DNA of 64,000 nucleotides. It comes from an uncultured bacterium (lineage in GTDB: Bacteria > Electryoneota > Tariuqbacteria > Tariuqbacterales > Tariuqbacteraceae). Both the position numbers and the translations under genes were made by a program. Of the stretch, positions 18,806-28,486 are shown one piece after another. Position 1 is the first letter of the stretch. Every line of letters begins with the position of its first letter. Below the pieces are notes generated by a model. That model had not been told where the DNA came from. It saw nothing but the letters and a program-made list of their open reading frames with translations, and searched no databases. The stretch lies in assembly GCA_964421875.1 (NCBI GenBank), contig CAYQZD010000002.1, positions 8,747 to 72,746 on the forward strand, read 5' to 3'.

Positions 18806-20188
18806 GTGAGTGAGATTATCGATTTACTGCAATCGGTCCGCCTTGGCGTTGCTGATTTTTCCGGCAAGCTCTTATCCAAGGAGGATTCGGAGGACTGCGC
18901 GTTTCTGGTAAAGCGCGTGGAAACGGGCTTGCTCCGAGCTGTCGAACTGACTCAAGAGCACGAGCGCAGGGACCGGCTCTTCGATGAGCTTTACTACAAT
19001 GTGGGCTCGAAACTCAACGCGACCTTCGACCAGAACGAGTTGCTTGATAACATCATAGATGCGCTGGGACAGCTTATAAGCTTCGATGCCGCCGGGATTT
19101 TCCTGGTAGATACGGATACCGGGAATATTGAGGCAGAAGTTATCAAGGGATACCGGAAAGAGTTCCTGGGCAGCGTGCATCAGAAAGTTGGCGAGGGCGT
19201 CCTCGGCTGGGTGATAGAAAGCGCCCAATCGGTCAGACTTGCCGACGTCCGAAATGACGACCGTTATATCGACGCCCGTCCCGAAACCCGTTCGGAGGTC
19301 GCGGCGCCGATGGTTAGCGAAGGTAAGGTGATTGGCTGTATCAACCTGGAAAGCGATAAAATCGCCGCCTTCAGCGAAGAGGATGTCGCCCTGCTGGAAA
19401 CATTCGCCACCCAGGCTTCGCTGGCGGTGCAGCGAGCCAGATTGTACCGTGAGTTAGTCGATACCAAGCGCTTGGAAGAGGAGGTGGCGCTGGCGAGGAA
19501 GATTCAGACCTCGCTTCTGCCCAAGAAGCCGCCTCAATTTCCGGGGTACGATCTGGCCGGAATGAACATTCCTTCAACTGAAGTCGGGGGAGATTATTAC
19601 GATTTCATTCGTTTAATAGGCGGGGGTTTGGGATTGGCAATCGCCGACGTCTCCGGCAAGGGAATCGGAGCCGCGTTTATTATGTCCGGCGTGAGGGCTT
19701 CGCTCAGGGCGGAAATCCGTCACAACCTTGACCCCAGTATGTTGATGCACAAAGTCAATCACTTTGTTTATGAGAGCACCGACTCCGGCAGTTTCGTGAC
19801 CGCTTTCTACGGAGTTTTGAATGGCGATGAATTCAATTATGTCAACGCCGGACATAATCCGCCTATTTTGATGCGAGGCGACCAGAGTTTCATTATGCTG
19901 GAGGACGGCGGATTGGTGCTGGGGCTGGCGGAGGAACAGCATTTCCGCGAGGGGAGGATACATCTGGAACCGGGTGATACGCTATTGCTATACACCGATG
20001 GCGTGTCGGAGGCTATGAATCGTCAAGAGATGGAATTTGGCGCGGAACGTTTGATTGAGGCGTTAAAGGAATCTCAGGGAATGAGCGCCAATGTCAAGGT
20101 GGATTTCATCCACCGCAATGTAAGAGATTTCGCCGGCAGGTCGAAACAAGCGGATGATTTGACCATAATGGTGGTGAACAAAATATGA
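18806..20188 (+). CDS. GAF-domain PP2C-family serine phosphatase (RsbU/SpoIIE-like); GTG start
   Basis: N-terminal GAF (GVLGWVIESAQSVRLADVRNDDRY). C-terminal PP2C/SpoIIE domain (EVGGDYYDF, LGLAIADVSGKGIGAA, LLLYTDGVSEA, DDLTIMVV). Confidence 0.85.
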   Translation: MSEIIDLLQSVRLGVADFSGKLLSKEDSEDCAFLVKRVETGLLRAVELTQEHERRDRLFDELYYNVGSKLNATFDQNELLDNIIDALGQLISFDAAGIFLVDTDTGNIEAEVIKGYRKEFLGSVHQKVGEGVLGWVIESAQSVRLADVRNDDRYIDARPETRSEVAAPMVSEGKVIGCINLESDKIAAFSEEDVALLETFATQASLAVQRARLYRELVDTKRLEEEVALARKIQTSLLPKKPPQFPGYDLAGMNIPSTEVGGDYYDFIRLIGGGLGLAIADVSGKGIGAAFIMSGVRASLRAEIRHNLDPSMLMHKVNHFVYESTDSGSFVTAFYGVLNGDEFNYVNAGHNPPILMRGDQSFIMLEDGGLVLGLAEEQHFREGRIHLEPGDTLLLYTDGVSEAMNRQEMEFGAERLIEALKESQGMSANVKVDFIHRNVRDFAGRSKQADDLTIMVVNKI

Positions 20189-20625
20189 GAGAGGTCGAAA
20201 AATTGGTAATTCCCTCAGACCAGGATGAACTTCCCCGGGTCGACGAAGCCGCCGATAGAATCGCCAGGGAGATGGGTTTTAGCAAGGAGGAGCGCGATGA
20301 TATCGCTATTTCCGTATCAGAAGCGGTCAACAACGCTATCCTGCACGGCAATCGCGGCGACAAGAAGAAGAAGGTGATTATCACCTTCTTCAAGCGCGAT
20401 GATTCCCTGATAGTTAAAGTTAAGGACCAGGGCACCTGTTTCGATCCTGAGCGCGATTTACCTCAGGACCCCACCTCGCCGGATAATATTCTGAAGGAGA
20501 AAGGGCGGGGGGTTTTCATCGTGCGGCATTTGATGGACGAAGTAAGCTATAACTGCTCCTCCGACGGGACGGAGATGGTGATGGTCAAGTTGAAAACGCC
20601 CCGCGAAATTCTGTCTTCTAAGTAA
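20185..20625 (+). CDS. RsbW/SpoIIAB-type anti-sigma regulatory factor (Ser/Thr protein kinase, HATPase_c)
   Basis: 146 aa, EAVNNAILHGN N-box and GRGVFIVRHLMDEV G-box. Start overlaps the phosphatase stop. Confidence 0.8.
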   Translation: MREVEKLVIPSDQDELPRVDEAADRIAREMGFSKEERDDIAISVSEAVNNAILHGNRGDKKKKVIITFFKRDDSLIVKVKDQGTCFDPERDLPQDPTSPDNILKEKGRGVFIVRHLMDEVSYNCSSDGTEMVMVKLKTPREILSSK

Positions 20626-20696
20626 TGAAAGAAAATAACACAACCGTGGTGCCGGGTCTCCGCATTCGGCGCCAAATAATAATTATTATTGAATAT

Positions 20697-20722
20697 GCTG
20701 TCGACTGCGGAGAGTCGACAGC
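20697..20722. terminator. Hairpin (family C REP-like) plus T-run after the partner-switching operon
   Basis: GCTGTCGACT-gcggag-AGTCGACAGC followed by ACACTTTT. Confidence 0.45.
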
Positions 20723-20771
20723 ACACTTTTAGTATTTGGGCGAAGGCCCCTTTAGAAACCGCTAAGTTACT

Positions 20772-20813
20772 AACTTGCGGACTTGTAAACTTGTCAACTT
20801 GTTAACTTATTCT
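20772..20813. promoter_or_regulatory. Five tandem copies of the octamer ACTTGTNA upstream of the 3-hydroxyacyl-CoA dehydrogenase gene
   Basis: aacttgcgg/acttgtaa/acttgtca/acttgtta/acttattc. The same octamer also repeats at 57519-57556. Confidence 0.35.
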
Positions 20814-20830
20814 AAGATAAAGGTAAGCGA

Positions 20831-21784
20831 ATGGTCAATCAAGAGTTCGAAGAAATAATAGGCAAACCGCTGGAGATTGACGATAAGGATCCCCAGAATC
20901 TGGTTCAAGCCGGTATGGTTGGCGCTGGGACTATGGGTCAGGGCATAGCCCAGTTAATGGCTCAGAACGGAATCGATGTGCTGTTGGTGGAGAAGGATAA
21001 GGAATCGTTGGAACGCTCCCTCCAGGAGTTGGCTGAGAGTATGGATCGTGAAATCAGGCGTTGGGGAATGACCGCCTCGGAAAAACGAGCGGTGCTCTCC
21101 CGTATCGTGGGCACCGTAGATTACGAAGAACTGGGAAGAGTCCCTTTGATAATCGAATCTGTCCCGGAAGACCTGAAAATCAAGCAGGATTTATTTCAGC
21201 ATATCGATGAGGTCTGCCGTGAAGACGCCATTTTAGTCTCCAACACCTCAACCCTCAGCCTTTCGGAAATCGCCGCGGTGACCAGCCGCCCGGAAAATGT
21301 CATCGGTATGCACTTTATGAATCCGGTGACCAAAACTACATTGGTGGAAGTTATCCGCGGCTTGAAAACTGCGGAAACCACTTTCAATTATATCAAAGGC
21401 TTCGCCGAGCGCATCAACAAAGTGGTGGTGGAAGTCTACGAATATCCGGGATACGTAACTACCCGGATAATCATTCCTATGCTCAACGAGGCGATGTATG
21501 TTTTAATGGAGGGTGTCGCCACCGCCGAAGGTATCGACACCGCGATGAAGCTGGGCTACAACCTGAATTTCGGTCCCCTGGAATTTGCCGACATAATGGG
21601 GCTGGATGAAGTGATGAAATGGATGGAAACACTGTTCCACGAGCTGGGCGACCTTAAATACCGGCCCTGCCCCCTGCTGAGGAAACTGGTTAGAGCCGGG
21701 CACCTGGGTAAAAAGACCGGCGCAGGATTCTTCAAATACGACAAGGATGGCAACAAGATCAAGAGCCCGGGTTTAGGGATTTAA
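20831..21784 (+). CDS. 3-hydroxyacyl-CoA / 3-hydroxybutyryl-CoA dehydrogenase
   Basis: GMVGAGTMGQGIAQ Rossmann motif and NTSTLSLSEIAA...GMHFMNPV; C-terminal 3HCDH domain. Confidence 0.85.
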   Translation: MVNQEFEEIIGKPLEIDDKDPQNLVQAGMVGAGTMGQGIAQLMAQNGIDVLLVEKDKESLERSLQELAESMDREIRRWGMTASEKRAVLSRIVGTVDYEELGRVPLIIESVPEDLKIKQDLFQHIDEVCREDAILVSNTSTLSLSEIAAVTSRPENVIGMHFMNPVTKTTLVEVIRGLKTAETTFNYIKGFAERINKVVVEVYEYPGYVTTRIIIPMLNEAMYVLMEGVATAEGIDTAMKLGYNLNFGPLEFADIMGLDEVMKWMETLFHELGDLKYRPCPLLRKLVRAGHLGKKTGAGFFKYDKDGNKIKSPGLGI

Positions 21785-21947
21785 GGAAAGTCTGAGTAAG
21801 AATGTAATAGCCTATGATTTTTAAGTAATAGTCATATTGCCATTCCGGCTTGCTTCGCAGCCAGAATAATCCTATCACTTCAGGTGCGAGAGTGTTATAG
21901 TTTAATAAGAAATTGTTTAGTAACAGGAATTAACAGAATAAAATAGA

Positions 21948-23180
21948 ATGAAAATACTGATTCTCAACTGCGGTTCCTCCTCCGTGAAATATCAGTTGAT
22001 GGATATGACCGAGAGGAAGGCGCTGGCCAAGGGATTAGTGGAGCGTATCGGGATGAGGGGAGCCATCCTCACGCACTACCGCTATGACGGGGATAAAGTG
22101 AAAATAGCCGGGGAAATCATCGACCATCAGATGGCTATAGAATTCATCCTCGGAATTCTGCTGTCTCCCAATCACGGAGTGATAAAAGATCGGAGGGAAA
22201 TCGAAGCGGTGGGGCACCGCGTGGTTCACGGCGGCGAAAGGTTCACCGGCTCGGTGCTCATCAACGCCGATGTAATGGAGGGACTGCATGACTGCATCGA
22301 CCTGGCGCCCCTGCACAATCCCCACAACATCAAAGGCATCCGCGCCTGCCAGCGGCTGCTGCCCGGATTGCCGATGGTGGGGGTGTTCGACACCGCTTTT
22401 CATAGCACCCTACCGGATTATGCTTTTACCTACGGTATACCCTATCTGCTATACAAACGATACTCCCTCCGCCGCTTCGGCTTTCACGGAACCTCCCACT
22501 ACTATGTGTCCCAGGAAGCGGCTAAAATGATGGATAAGCCCATTACCGAATTGAAAATGATTACCTGCCATCTGGGAAACGGCTGCAGCGCCGCCGCTGT
22601 GGATAAAGGCCGGTCGGTCGATACCACGATGGGATTCACCCCGGTGGAAGGGCTGCTGATGGGTACCAGGTGCGGAGATTTGGACCCCAGCGCCATTTTG
22701 TACATCATCAGCCGCGAAGAGCTGACTATGGGAGAAGCTAACGCGCTTATGAATAAGCATTCCGGGATGCAGGGCATCTCCGGCGTATCCTCCGATATGC
22801 GGGAAATCCTGGAAGAAACTAATAACGGCAATAAGCGCGCCGAACTCGCTTTGGATGTATTCTGCTATCGTTTGAAGAAATATATCGGCTCCTACGCTGT
22901 CGCGATGAGCGGTTTGGACGCCATCATTTTCACCGGCGGTATCGGCGAGAAAGCCGCTGAAGTGCGCCGCCGCACCCTGCAGGGGATGGAATTCCTCGGC
23001 GTGAAACTCGACGAGGAGAAAAACGCCGCCTCAAAAGGTGAACAAGGCATCGTTTCCACCGAAGATTCCAGTGTCTCCGTGCTCGTTATTCCCACTAACG
23101 AAGAGTTGGTGATTGCGATTGACACTGAAAGAATCGTTAAGGAAATTAAAACGGAAACCGCCGCTGCAACGGAAAAGTAA
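21948..23180 (+). CDS. ackA: Acetate kinase
   Basis: MKILILNCGSSSVKYQL, HRVVHGGE, ITCHLGNG(C)S and FTGGIGE motifs. Confidence 0.9.
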   Translation: MKILILNCGSSSVKYQLMDMTERKALAKGLVERIGMRGAILTHYRYDGDKVKIAGEIIDHQMAIEFILGILLSPNHGVIKDRREIEAVGHRVVHGGERFTGSVLINADVMEGLHDCIDLAPLHNPHNIKGIRACQRLLPGLPMVGVFDTAFHSTLPDYAFTYGIPYLLYKRYSLRRFGFHGTSHYYVSQEAAKMMDKPITELKMITCHLGNGCSAAAVDKGRSVDTTMGFTPVEGLLMGTRCGDLDPSAILYIISREELTMGEANALMNKHSGMQGISGVSSDMREILEETNNGNKRAELALDVFCYRLKKYIGSYAVAMSGLDAIIFTGGIGEKAAEVRRRTLQGMEFLGVKLDEEKNAASKGEQGIVSTEDSSVSVLVIPTNEELVIAIDTERIVKEIKTETAAATEK

Positions 23181-23317
23181 ACCATCATCCGATGGCTTCT
23201 CTTTGCGAACCATCGAATAGCTTAGGATAAACCCTTGTGCGAGGGTCTCTTTCGCGACCTCGCGCAACTTAAGATGAAAATTACCGGCTCGCATATAGAC
23301 GCTGCCGCTATTTTCAG
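23181..23317. repeat. Conserved non-coding element, copy 1 (hairpin plus ~70-nt conserved block); copy 2 is at 26352-26441
   Basis: The block ...ttcgcgacctcgcRcaactWa..atgaaaattNNcggctcgcRtata..acgctgccRYtatYttcag is shared between the two loci. Both follow a stop codon and precede a gene. Confidence 0.6.
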
Positions 23318-23358
23318 GATAAATAAATATTAACTACAATAATAAGACTATTTCATCA

Positions 23359-24231
23359 ATGACTGTAAACCAAATCGTAAAAAAGCGTGTTTTGGTGGAA
23401 AGTATCATAGAGATTGAAGTCTATTCTCCGGTGATTGCGCGAAAGCACCGGGCGGGGCAGTTCATCATCCTCCGTATCCACGAGGAAGGAGAACGCATCC
23501 CCCTCACCATAGCCGATTCACATCCGGATAAGGGGACCATCACTCTGATCTATCAGATAGTGGGTAAAACCACGGAGCATCTTTCCACCCTTGACCAGGG
23601 GGATATGATTCAAGACCTGGTGGGACCCTTGGGGAATCCCACCCACCTTGAAAAATTCGGGACCGTAGTCTGTATCGGAGGTGGCTGCGGCGTAGCTCCC
23701 GTGTATCCCATCACCAAAGCGATGAAAGAAGCCGGAAACCACGTCATCGGCATCATTGGCGCCCGTTCCAAAGACCTCCTGATAATGGAAAACCGGATGC
23801 GGGCTGTCTGCGATGAACTGCAAATCTGCACCGATGACGGCTCCTACGGCGCTCACGGCTTCGTCTCAGATGTTTTAAAAAGACTGTTGGATGAGGGTGA
23901 GAAAATAGACATGGTGGTCGCTGTAGGCCCGGTGCCGATGATGAGGGTGGTGTCGAATCTCACTAAAGAATACGATGTCCCCACCGTAGTCAGCCTCAAC
24001 ACCATTATGGTTGACGGCACCGGGATGTGCGGCGCCTGCAGGGTCACAGTGGGTGGAGCCACCAGGTTTGTCTGCGTTGACGGCCCCGAATTCGACGGTC
24101 ATCGGGTGGATTGGGTGGAAATGAGTAAAAGGATGCGCGCTTACCTGCCTCAAGAGCGGGAATCACTGACGCGTTTCCGGGAACTGTGCAAATGCGAAAC
24201 CCAGTTGGAGAGTTGCGACTATGGCAAATAA
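23359..24231 (+). CDS. NfnA-like ferredoxin-NADP+ reductase subunit (dihydroorotate-dehydrogenase electron-transfer-subunit / SudB family; FAD, 2Fe-2S)
   Basis: FNR-like barrel (RKHRAGQFIILR) with NAD-binding fold (GGGCGVAP). C-terminal Cys cluster CGACRV...C. Overlaps the downstream GltD-like gene. Confidence 0.75.
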   Translation: MTVNQIVKKRVLVESIIEIEVYSPVIARKHRAGQFIILRIHEEGERIPLTIADSHPDKGTITLIYQIVGKTTEHLSTLDQGDMIQDLVGPLGNPTHLEKFGTVVCIGGGCGVAPVYPITKAMKEAGNHVIGIIGARSKDLLIMENRMRAVCDELQICTDDGSYGAHGFVSDVLKRLLDEGEKIDMVVAVGPVPMMRVVSNLTKEYDVPTVVSLNTIMVDGTGMCGACRVTVGGATRFVCVDGPEFDGHRVDWVEMSKRMRAYLPQERESLTRFRELCKCETQLESCDYGK

Positions 24232-25690
24232 TAAACCTGCTGAAGACAAAAAGAAACCACTTAAACCCAAAAAACCCAAAATCCCCCGCCAGGCGATGCC
24301 TCAGCAAACCCCGGAGGAGAGGGTTACAAATTTCAACGAAGTCCCCCTGGGATACTCTCCGGAAACCGCAATGATTGAAGCTGCCCGCTGCATTATGTGT
24401 AAAAAACCCAAATGCATCGATGGCTGCCCCGTGGAAATCGATATTCCCGCCTTTATAAACCTGATTAAGGAGGGTAAATTTTCCGAAGCGTCGCGAAAGA
24501 TTAAGGAGGAAAACGCGCTCCCCGCTATCTGCGGCAGGGTCTGCCCGCAGGAGGAGCAGTGCGAAATTGTCTGCGTGCTGGGAATCAAGCAGGAACCGGT
24601 GGCCATCGGACGCCTGGAACGGTTCGCCTCCGACTGGGAGCGGCGGGAAGATGATGTGCAGGTCCCCCATATTCCCCCGCCCACCGGGAAAAAGGTAGCG
24701 GTGGTCGGCTCCGGACCTGCGGGACTAACCGTCGCCGGCGAGCTGGCGCTCAAGGGTTATAAGGTTACCATCTTCGAAGCCTTGCACAAGCCGGGTGGAG
24801 TGCTGATGTACGGCATCCCCGAATTCCGTCTCCCCAAAGCGATTGTCCAAGCCGAGGTCGATTATGTAAAATCCCTGGGAGTGGATCTGACGCTGAACGC
24901 AGTCATCGGACGCTACCAGTCTGTGGATGAACTACTACGGGAGTACGACGCTATCTTCCTGGGGACCGGCGCCGGACTTCCCTACTTTATGCATATCCCC
25001 GGCGAAAACCTGAACGGGGTATATTCCGCTAATGAATACCTCACCCGCTCCAATCTGATGAAAGCCTATCGTTTCCCCGAATACGACACTCCCATCGCCA
25101 AGTCGCGCCGGGTGGTGGTTCTGGGAGGAGGGAATGTGGCAATGGATTCCGCCCGCACCGCGCTGCGGCTGGGAGCGGAGGAAGTTTACATCGTCTATCG
25201 CCGTTCTCGTAAAGAGATGCCGGCGCGGATTGAGGAAATCGAACGCGCCGAAGAGGAGGGAATCGTCTTCCATCTCCTCACTAATCCCACCCGCTTCCTG
25301 GGCGACGAGGAGGGCTGGGTGAAAAGTATGGAGTGCCTCCGGATGGAGTTAGGCGAGCCCGACCAGTCCGGCCGCCGCCGACCCATTCCAAAGGAAGGGA
25401 GCGAATTCCTGATAGATGTGGATACTGTAGTAGTCGCTATCGGGAACGGCGCCAATCCGTTGCTGCCGCAAACCACTCCCGGACTGAAAACTAATAAATG
25501 GGGCAACATCATCGCCAATGAAGAGACCGGCGCCACCACTAAGAAGGGCGTTTACGCCGGCGGGGACATCGTCATTGGCGCCGCTACCGTGATTCTGGCG
25601 ATGGGAGCGGGGAAAAAAGCCTCCCGGGCGATACACCGCTATATTATGGGCGAGGAAGAATTCGAAGCCCAGGCTCCGCAGGCGGAATAA
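24221..25690 (+). CDS. NfnB-like / glutamate synthase small-subunit (GltD) family NAD(P)H oxidoreductase with two 4Fe-4S motifs
   Basis: CIMCKKPKCIDGCP and CGRVCPQEEQCEIVC; VAVVGSGPAG and VVVLGGGNVAMD dinucleotide-binding motifs. Confidence 0.8.
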   Translation: MANNKPAEDKKKPLKPKKPKIPRQAMPQQTPEERVTNFNEVPLGYSPETAMIEAARCIMCKKPKCIDGCPVEIDIPAFINLIKEGKFSEASRKIKEENALPAICGRVCPQEEQCEIVCVLGIKQEPVAIGRLERFASDWERREDDVQVPHIPPPTGKKVAVVGSGPAGLTVAGELALKGYKVTIFEALHKPGGVLMYGIPEFRLPKAIVQAEVDYVKSLGVDLTLNAVIGRYQSVDELLREYDAIFLGTGAGLPYFMHIPGENLNGVYSANEYLTRSNLMKAYRFPEYDTPIAKSRRVVVLGGGNVAMDSARTALRLGAEEVYIVYRRSRKEMPARIEEIERAEEEGIVFHLLTNPTRFLGDEEGWVKSMECLRMELGEPDQSGRRRPIPKEGSEFLIDVDTVVVAIGNGANPLLPQTTPGLKTNKWGNIIANEETGATTKKGVYAGGDIVIGAATVILAMGAGKKASRAIHRYIMGEEEFEAQAPQAE

Positions 25691-25842
25691 AACACTCCTG
25701 CACTGCAAACTAATTGACTTTTTGCCTGTATTTTTATATATTGAAAGCTCAATTTTAAAATAACGGCGGCGTTTCTGCGCGAATCTGTTACGTAATCCCT
25801 TTCATACGTAATAAAAGCGCAGTCGTCCGTCTCCGATGGTCT

Positions 25843-26352
25843 ATGATAATAAAACTCCACGACCTCAGAAAGGGGCCCAACGAAATTGTCATTGCCGGCG
25901 TTCCCGAAGAATTGGAACTGCCGGTCAAGGTCTTTGCTCGTCCGGTGGAAGTGAAGCTCATTCTGGAAGAGATCGGCGGTTTGATTAAGGCCGATTTCTT
26001 GCTTAAGACCGTGACCAGACAAATCTGCGACCGCTGCGCCGCGGACTTTGAAATGCCGCTCGAGGTTAAACACCTGATGTATTTTATACCTGAAGGTGAA
26101 GGCAGCCTCTCCGGCCAGGACGAAGTGAAATACTTCCATCCCGACCGGCCTCAGGTGAACATCGGCGGCGACGTGCACGACGATCTGATGCTGGCTATCC
26201 CCCAGAAAATCCTCTGCAGCGAGGATTGCAGAGGGCTGTGCCCGCAATGCGGAGCGGATTTGAACTTAGAAGAATGCTCCTGCGCCCGGGAGAAAATAGA
26301 CCCTAGGTGGGAAAAATTAGCTAAACTCAGAGAGCAGTTAAAGACCGATTAA
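25843..26352 (+). CDS. yceD: YceD/DUF177 family protein (large ribosomal subunit accumulation protein)
   Basis: C-terminal C..C.DL...C.C zinc-ribbon-like CPQCGADLNLEECSC. Conserved position upstream of rpmF-plsX. Confidence 0.7.
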   Translation: MIIKLHDLRKGPNEIVIAGVPEELELPVKVFARPVEVKLILEEIGGLIKADFLLKTVTRQICDRCAADFEMPLEVKHLMYFIPEGEGSLSGQDEVKYFHPDRPQVNIGGDVHDDLMLAIPQKILCSEDCRGLCPQCGADLNLEECSCAREKIDPRWEKLAKLREQLKTD

Positions 26353-26441
26353 TCCATCATTCGATGGATTCTCTTCGCGACCTCGCACAACTAATAATGA
26401 AAATTCACGGCTCGCGTATATATACGCTGCCATTATCTTCA
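26352..26441. repeat. Conserved non-coding element, copy 2 (see 23181-23317)
   Basis: Hairpin atccatc-attc-gatggat, then the conserved block with the perfect palindrome gcgtatatatacgc. Confidence 0.6.
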
Positions 26442-26462
26442 GAACAAACGGAGGAGTTATAA

Positions 26463-27050
26463 ATGTTGAGAAACGCGTTCATTTTTGTCATTGCTTTGGC
26501 ATTGACTTTTCCCGCCCACGCCGGCGAGCAGACTCTCATCACCGGAGAAATCGAGAGCGGCGGATTCGGAGGCCCGGTTCTGAGAATCGGCGGTATCAAT
26601 GGGGAAACCGGAGTCTGGATGGGCGGCCGGGGCGGCTGGATTATCAACCATCGCTTCATCCTCGGAGGCGGCGGCTGTGGACTGGTGAGCGATGTCGAAG
26701 CCTTCAAGGAAGCGGGGGAAACTTACTATATAGAAATGGGCTACGGCGGAATGGAATTGGAATTCATCATTAAGTCCGACCAGATGGTTCATTTCTCGGT
26801 GATGTCCCTTTTCGGCGCCGGAGGGATTACTATCAACCGGCATGGAGACGTTGATCAGACCGCCAACGACGACGCGGTATTCGTGATGGAACCGGCCGCA
26901 GCCCTGGAAATAAACATCGTCGAGTTCTTCCGTATCAATATCGGCGCAAGTTACAGGTATGTCAGCGGTTTCAAAACGGTTCATGGAATTTCCGAATCGG
27001 ACCTTGCAGGCGTCAGCGGAGTGCTGACGCTCAAGTTTGGCGAGTTCTAA
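26463..27050 (+). CDS. Small outer-membrane beta-barrel protein
   Basis: Signal peptide ending AHA. Gly-rich amphipathic beta-strand pattern. C-terminal Phe (…LTLKFGEF), typical of OMP barrels. Confidence 0.55.
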   Translation: MLRNAFIFVIALALTFPAHAGEQTLITGEIESGGFGGPVLRIGGINGETGVWMGGRGGWIINHRFILGGGGCGLVSDVEAFKEAGETYYIEMGYGGMELEFIIKSDQMVHFSVMSLFGAGGITINRHGDVDQTANDDAVFVMEPAAALEINIVEFFRINIGASYRYVSGFKTVHGISESDLAGVSGVLTLKFGEF

Positions 27051-27168
27051 TCCTTACTTCGGTTTGATGATTTTATTTCAGGCCTTAGTTGAAACAACAA
27101 GAACGCCTTACGATTGTGCAATTGAAGAATTATCGATAATTGATTATATCTTATGGAACGGAGAAATA

Positions 27169-27351
27169 ATGGCTGTACCTAAGAGACGTACAAGTAAAGC
27201 GAGAAAGAATAAAAGACGCTCCCATAACGCGTTAACCGAACCCTCATTATCCAAGTGTTCAAACTGCGGAGCAGTGGTATTGCCGCACCGGGCCTGCCCC
27301 AGCTGCGGATACTATAACAAGCGTTCCGTTTTCATTCCCAAAGAGAGTTAA
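27169..27351 (+). CDS. rpmF: 50S ribosomal protein L32
   Basis: MAVPKRRTSKARKNKRRSH; GGAG RBS 8 nt upstream of the ATG at 27169. The ORF track merged it into a longer ORF starting at 27037. Confidence 0.9.
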   Translation: MAVPKRRTSKARKNKRRSHNALTEPSLSKCSNCGAVVLPHRACPSCGYYNKRSVFIPKES

Positions 27352-27391
27352 TAACTTAATCCCGATAGGTAATCAGCGCGGGGATACTCCT

Positions 27392-28486
27392 GTGAAAATC
27401 GCTGTGGACATTATGGGAGGAGACTATGCGCCGGGAAATCCCCTCCAGGGCGCTCGGATGGCGCTGCAAAGCCATCCGGACCTGGAACTGTTTCTGGTTG
27501 GTCAGCGGGACTTGATTGAAGCGGAGATGAAGCGGTTTGATTTCCCGCAAAGCAGGGCGCATCCGGTTCACGCGCCTCAGGTGGTGTCGATGCTCGACCC
27601 GCCCACCTCCGCGCTGCGGCAAAAGAAGAATTCATCCATAGCCGTCGCGCTCTCCCTTCACAAAAAGGGAGTTGTGGACGCGGTAGTCAGCGCCGGGAAC
27701 ACCGGCGCCCAGATGGCCGCTTCGGCTTGGAAGCTGGGCCGGATTGAGGGGGTGTTGAGGCCGGTTATCGGGTCGTTTCTCCCTACATTGAAATCGCCCT
27801 GCCTGATGCTGGATGTGGGAGCCAATCCCGATTGCCGGGGAACCCATCTCTTCCAATTCGGAATAATGGGGGCAATTTTGATGGAATCCTGCTTTGGTCT
27901 GAAAAATCCCAGAGTGGGATTGCTTTCGATTGGGAAGGAGGCTACGAAAGGGAATAAGATTTCCCTCTTCGCCCATCAGCTCTTTTCCGAGAGTCATCTG
28001 AATTTCGCCGGCAACATCGAAGGCTCCGATTTGTTGTCCGGAAAAGTCGATGTGGCGGTCTGCGACGGATTTGTAGGTAATCTGCTGTTGAAGTTTGGCG
28101 AAGTTTTTCCTCGGTTTATGATGGAGAAACTCTGCGCCTCGGATAACGGTTTCGATTGTCAGGGACTGATTGAATTTGTTAAAAAGAACCTGAATCCGGA
28201 TAATTTCGGCGGAGTGCCGATTCTGGGGGTGAAGGGAGTCTCGGTGGTATGCCACGGAGCTTCATCGCCGCTGGCAATCGCCAACGCCATTCAGGTGGCG
28301 GTGGATATGGCGGAGAGAGAATTGGGTGACCTCATCGCCGAACGGATTTCCGATATCCGGCGTTTCTATGAAATGAACAAGTATTTTCGAAGTCTGAAGA
28401 AACGGTGGGAGCGAAGGCGCACTGAGGTGTATCGCAGTCCGCGGCGTTTCTTCACCTGGTTTTTGGAAAGAGAATCGGAGGAATGA
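27392..28486 (+). CDS. plsX: Phosphate acyltransferase PlsX
   Basis: MKIAVDIMGGDYAP and GNTGA motifs; followed by fabH. Confidence 0.9.
   Translation: MKIAVDIMGGDYAPGNPLQGARMALQSHPDLELFLVGQRDLIEAEMKRFDFPQSRAHPVHAPQVVSMLDPPTSALRQKKNSSIAVALSLHKKGVVDAVVSAGNTGAQMAASAWKLGRIEGVLRPVIGSFLPTLKSPCLMLDVGANPDCRGTHLFQFGIMGAILMESCFGLKNPRVGLLSIGKEATKGNKISLFAHQLFSESHLNFAGNIEGSDLLSGKVDVAVCDGFVGNLLLKFGEVFPRFMMEKLCASDNGFDCQGLIEFVKKNLNPDNFGGVPILGVKGVSVVCHGASSPLAIANAIQVAVDMAERELGDLIAERISDIRRFYEMNKYFRSLKKRWERRRTEVYRSPRRFFTWFLERESEE

Noticed and set aside
18388-20625. Interpreting the STAS / PP2C / kinase module as a sporulation (SpoIIAA/SpoIIE/SpoIIAB) locus
   Set aside because: No sigma-F gene or other sporulation genes are present, and the lineage is Gram-negative with T9SS and LPS (LapAB) genes. 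It is a generic partner-switching module.
27037-27351. 104-aa ORF from the track merging upstream sequence with rpmF
   Set aside because: Ribosomal protein L32 is about 60 aa. A GGAG RBS precedes the ATG at 27169, and the upstream 44 codons have no homology support.
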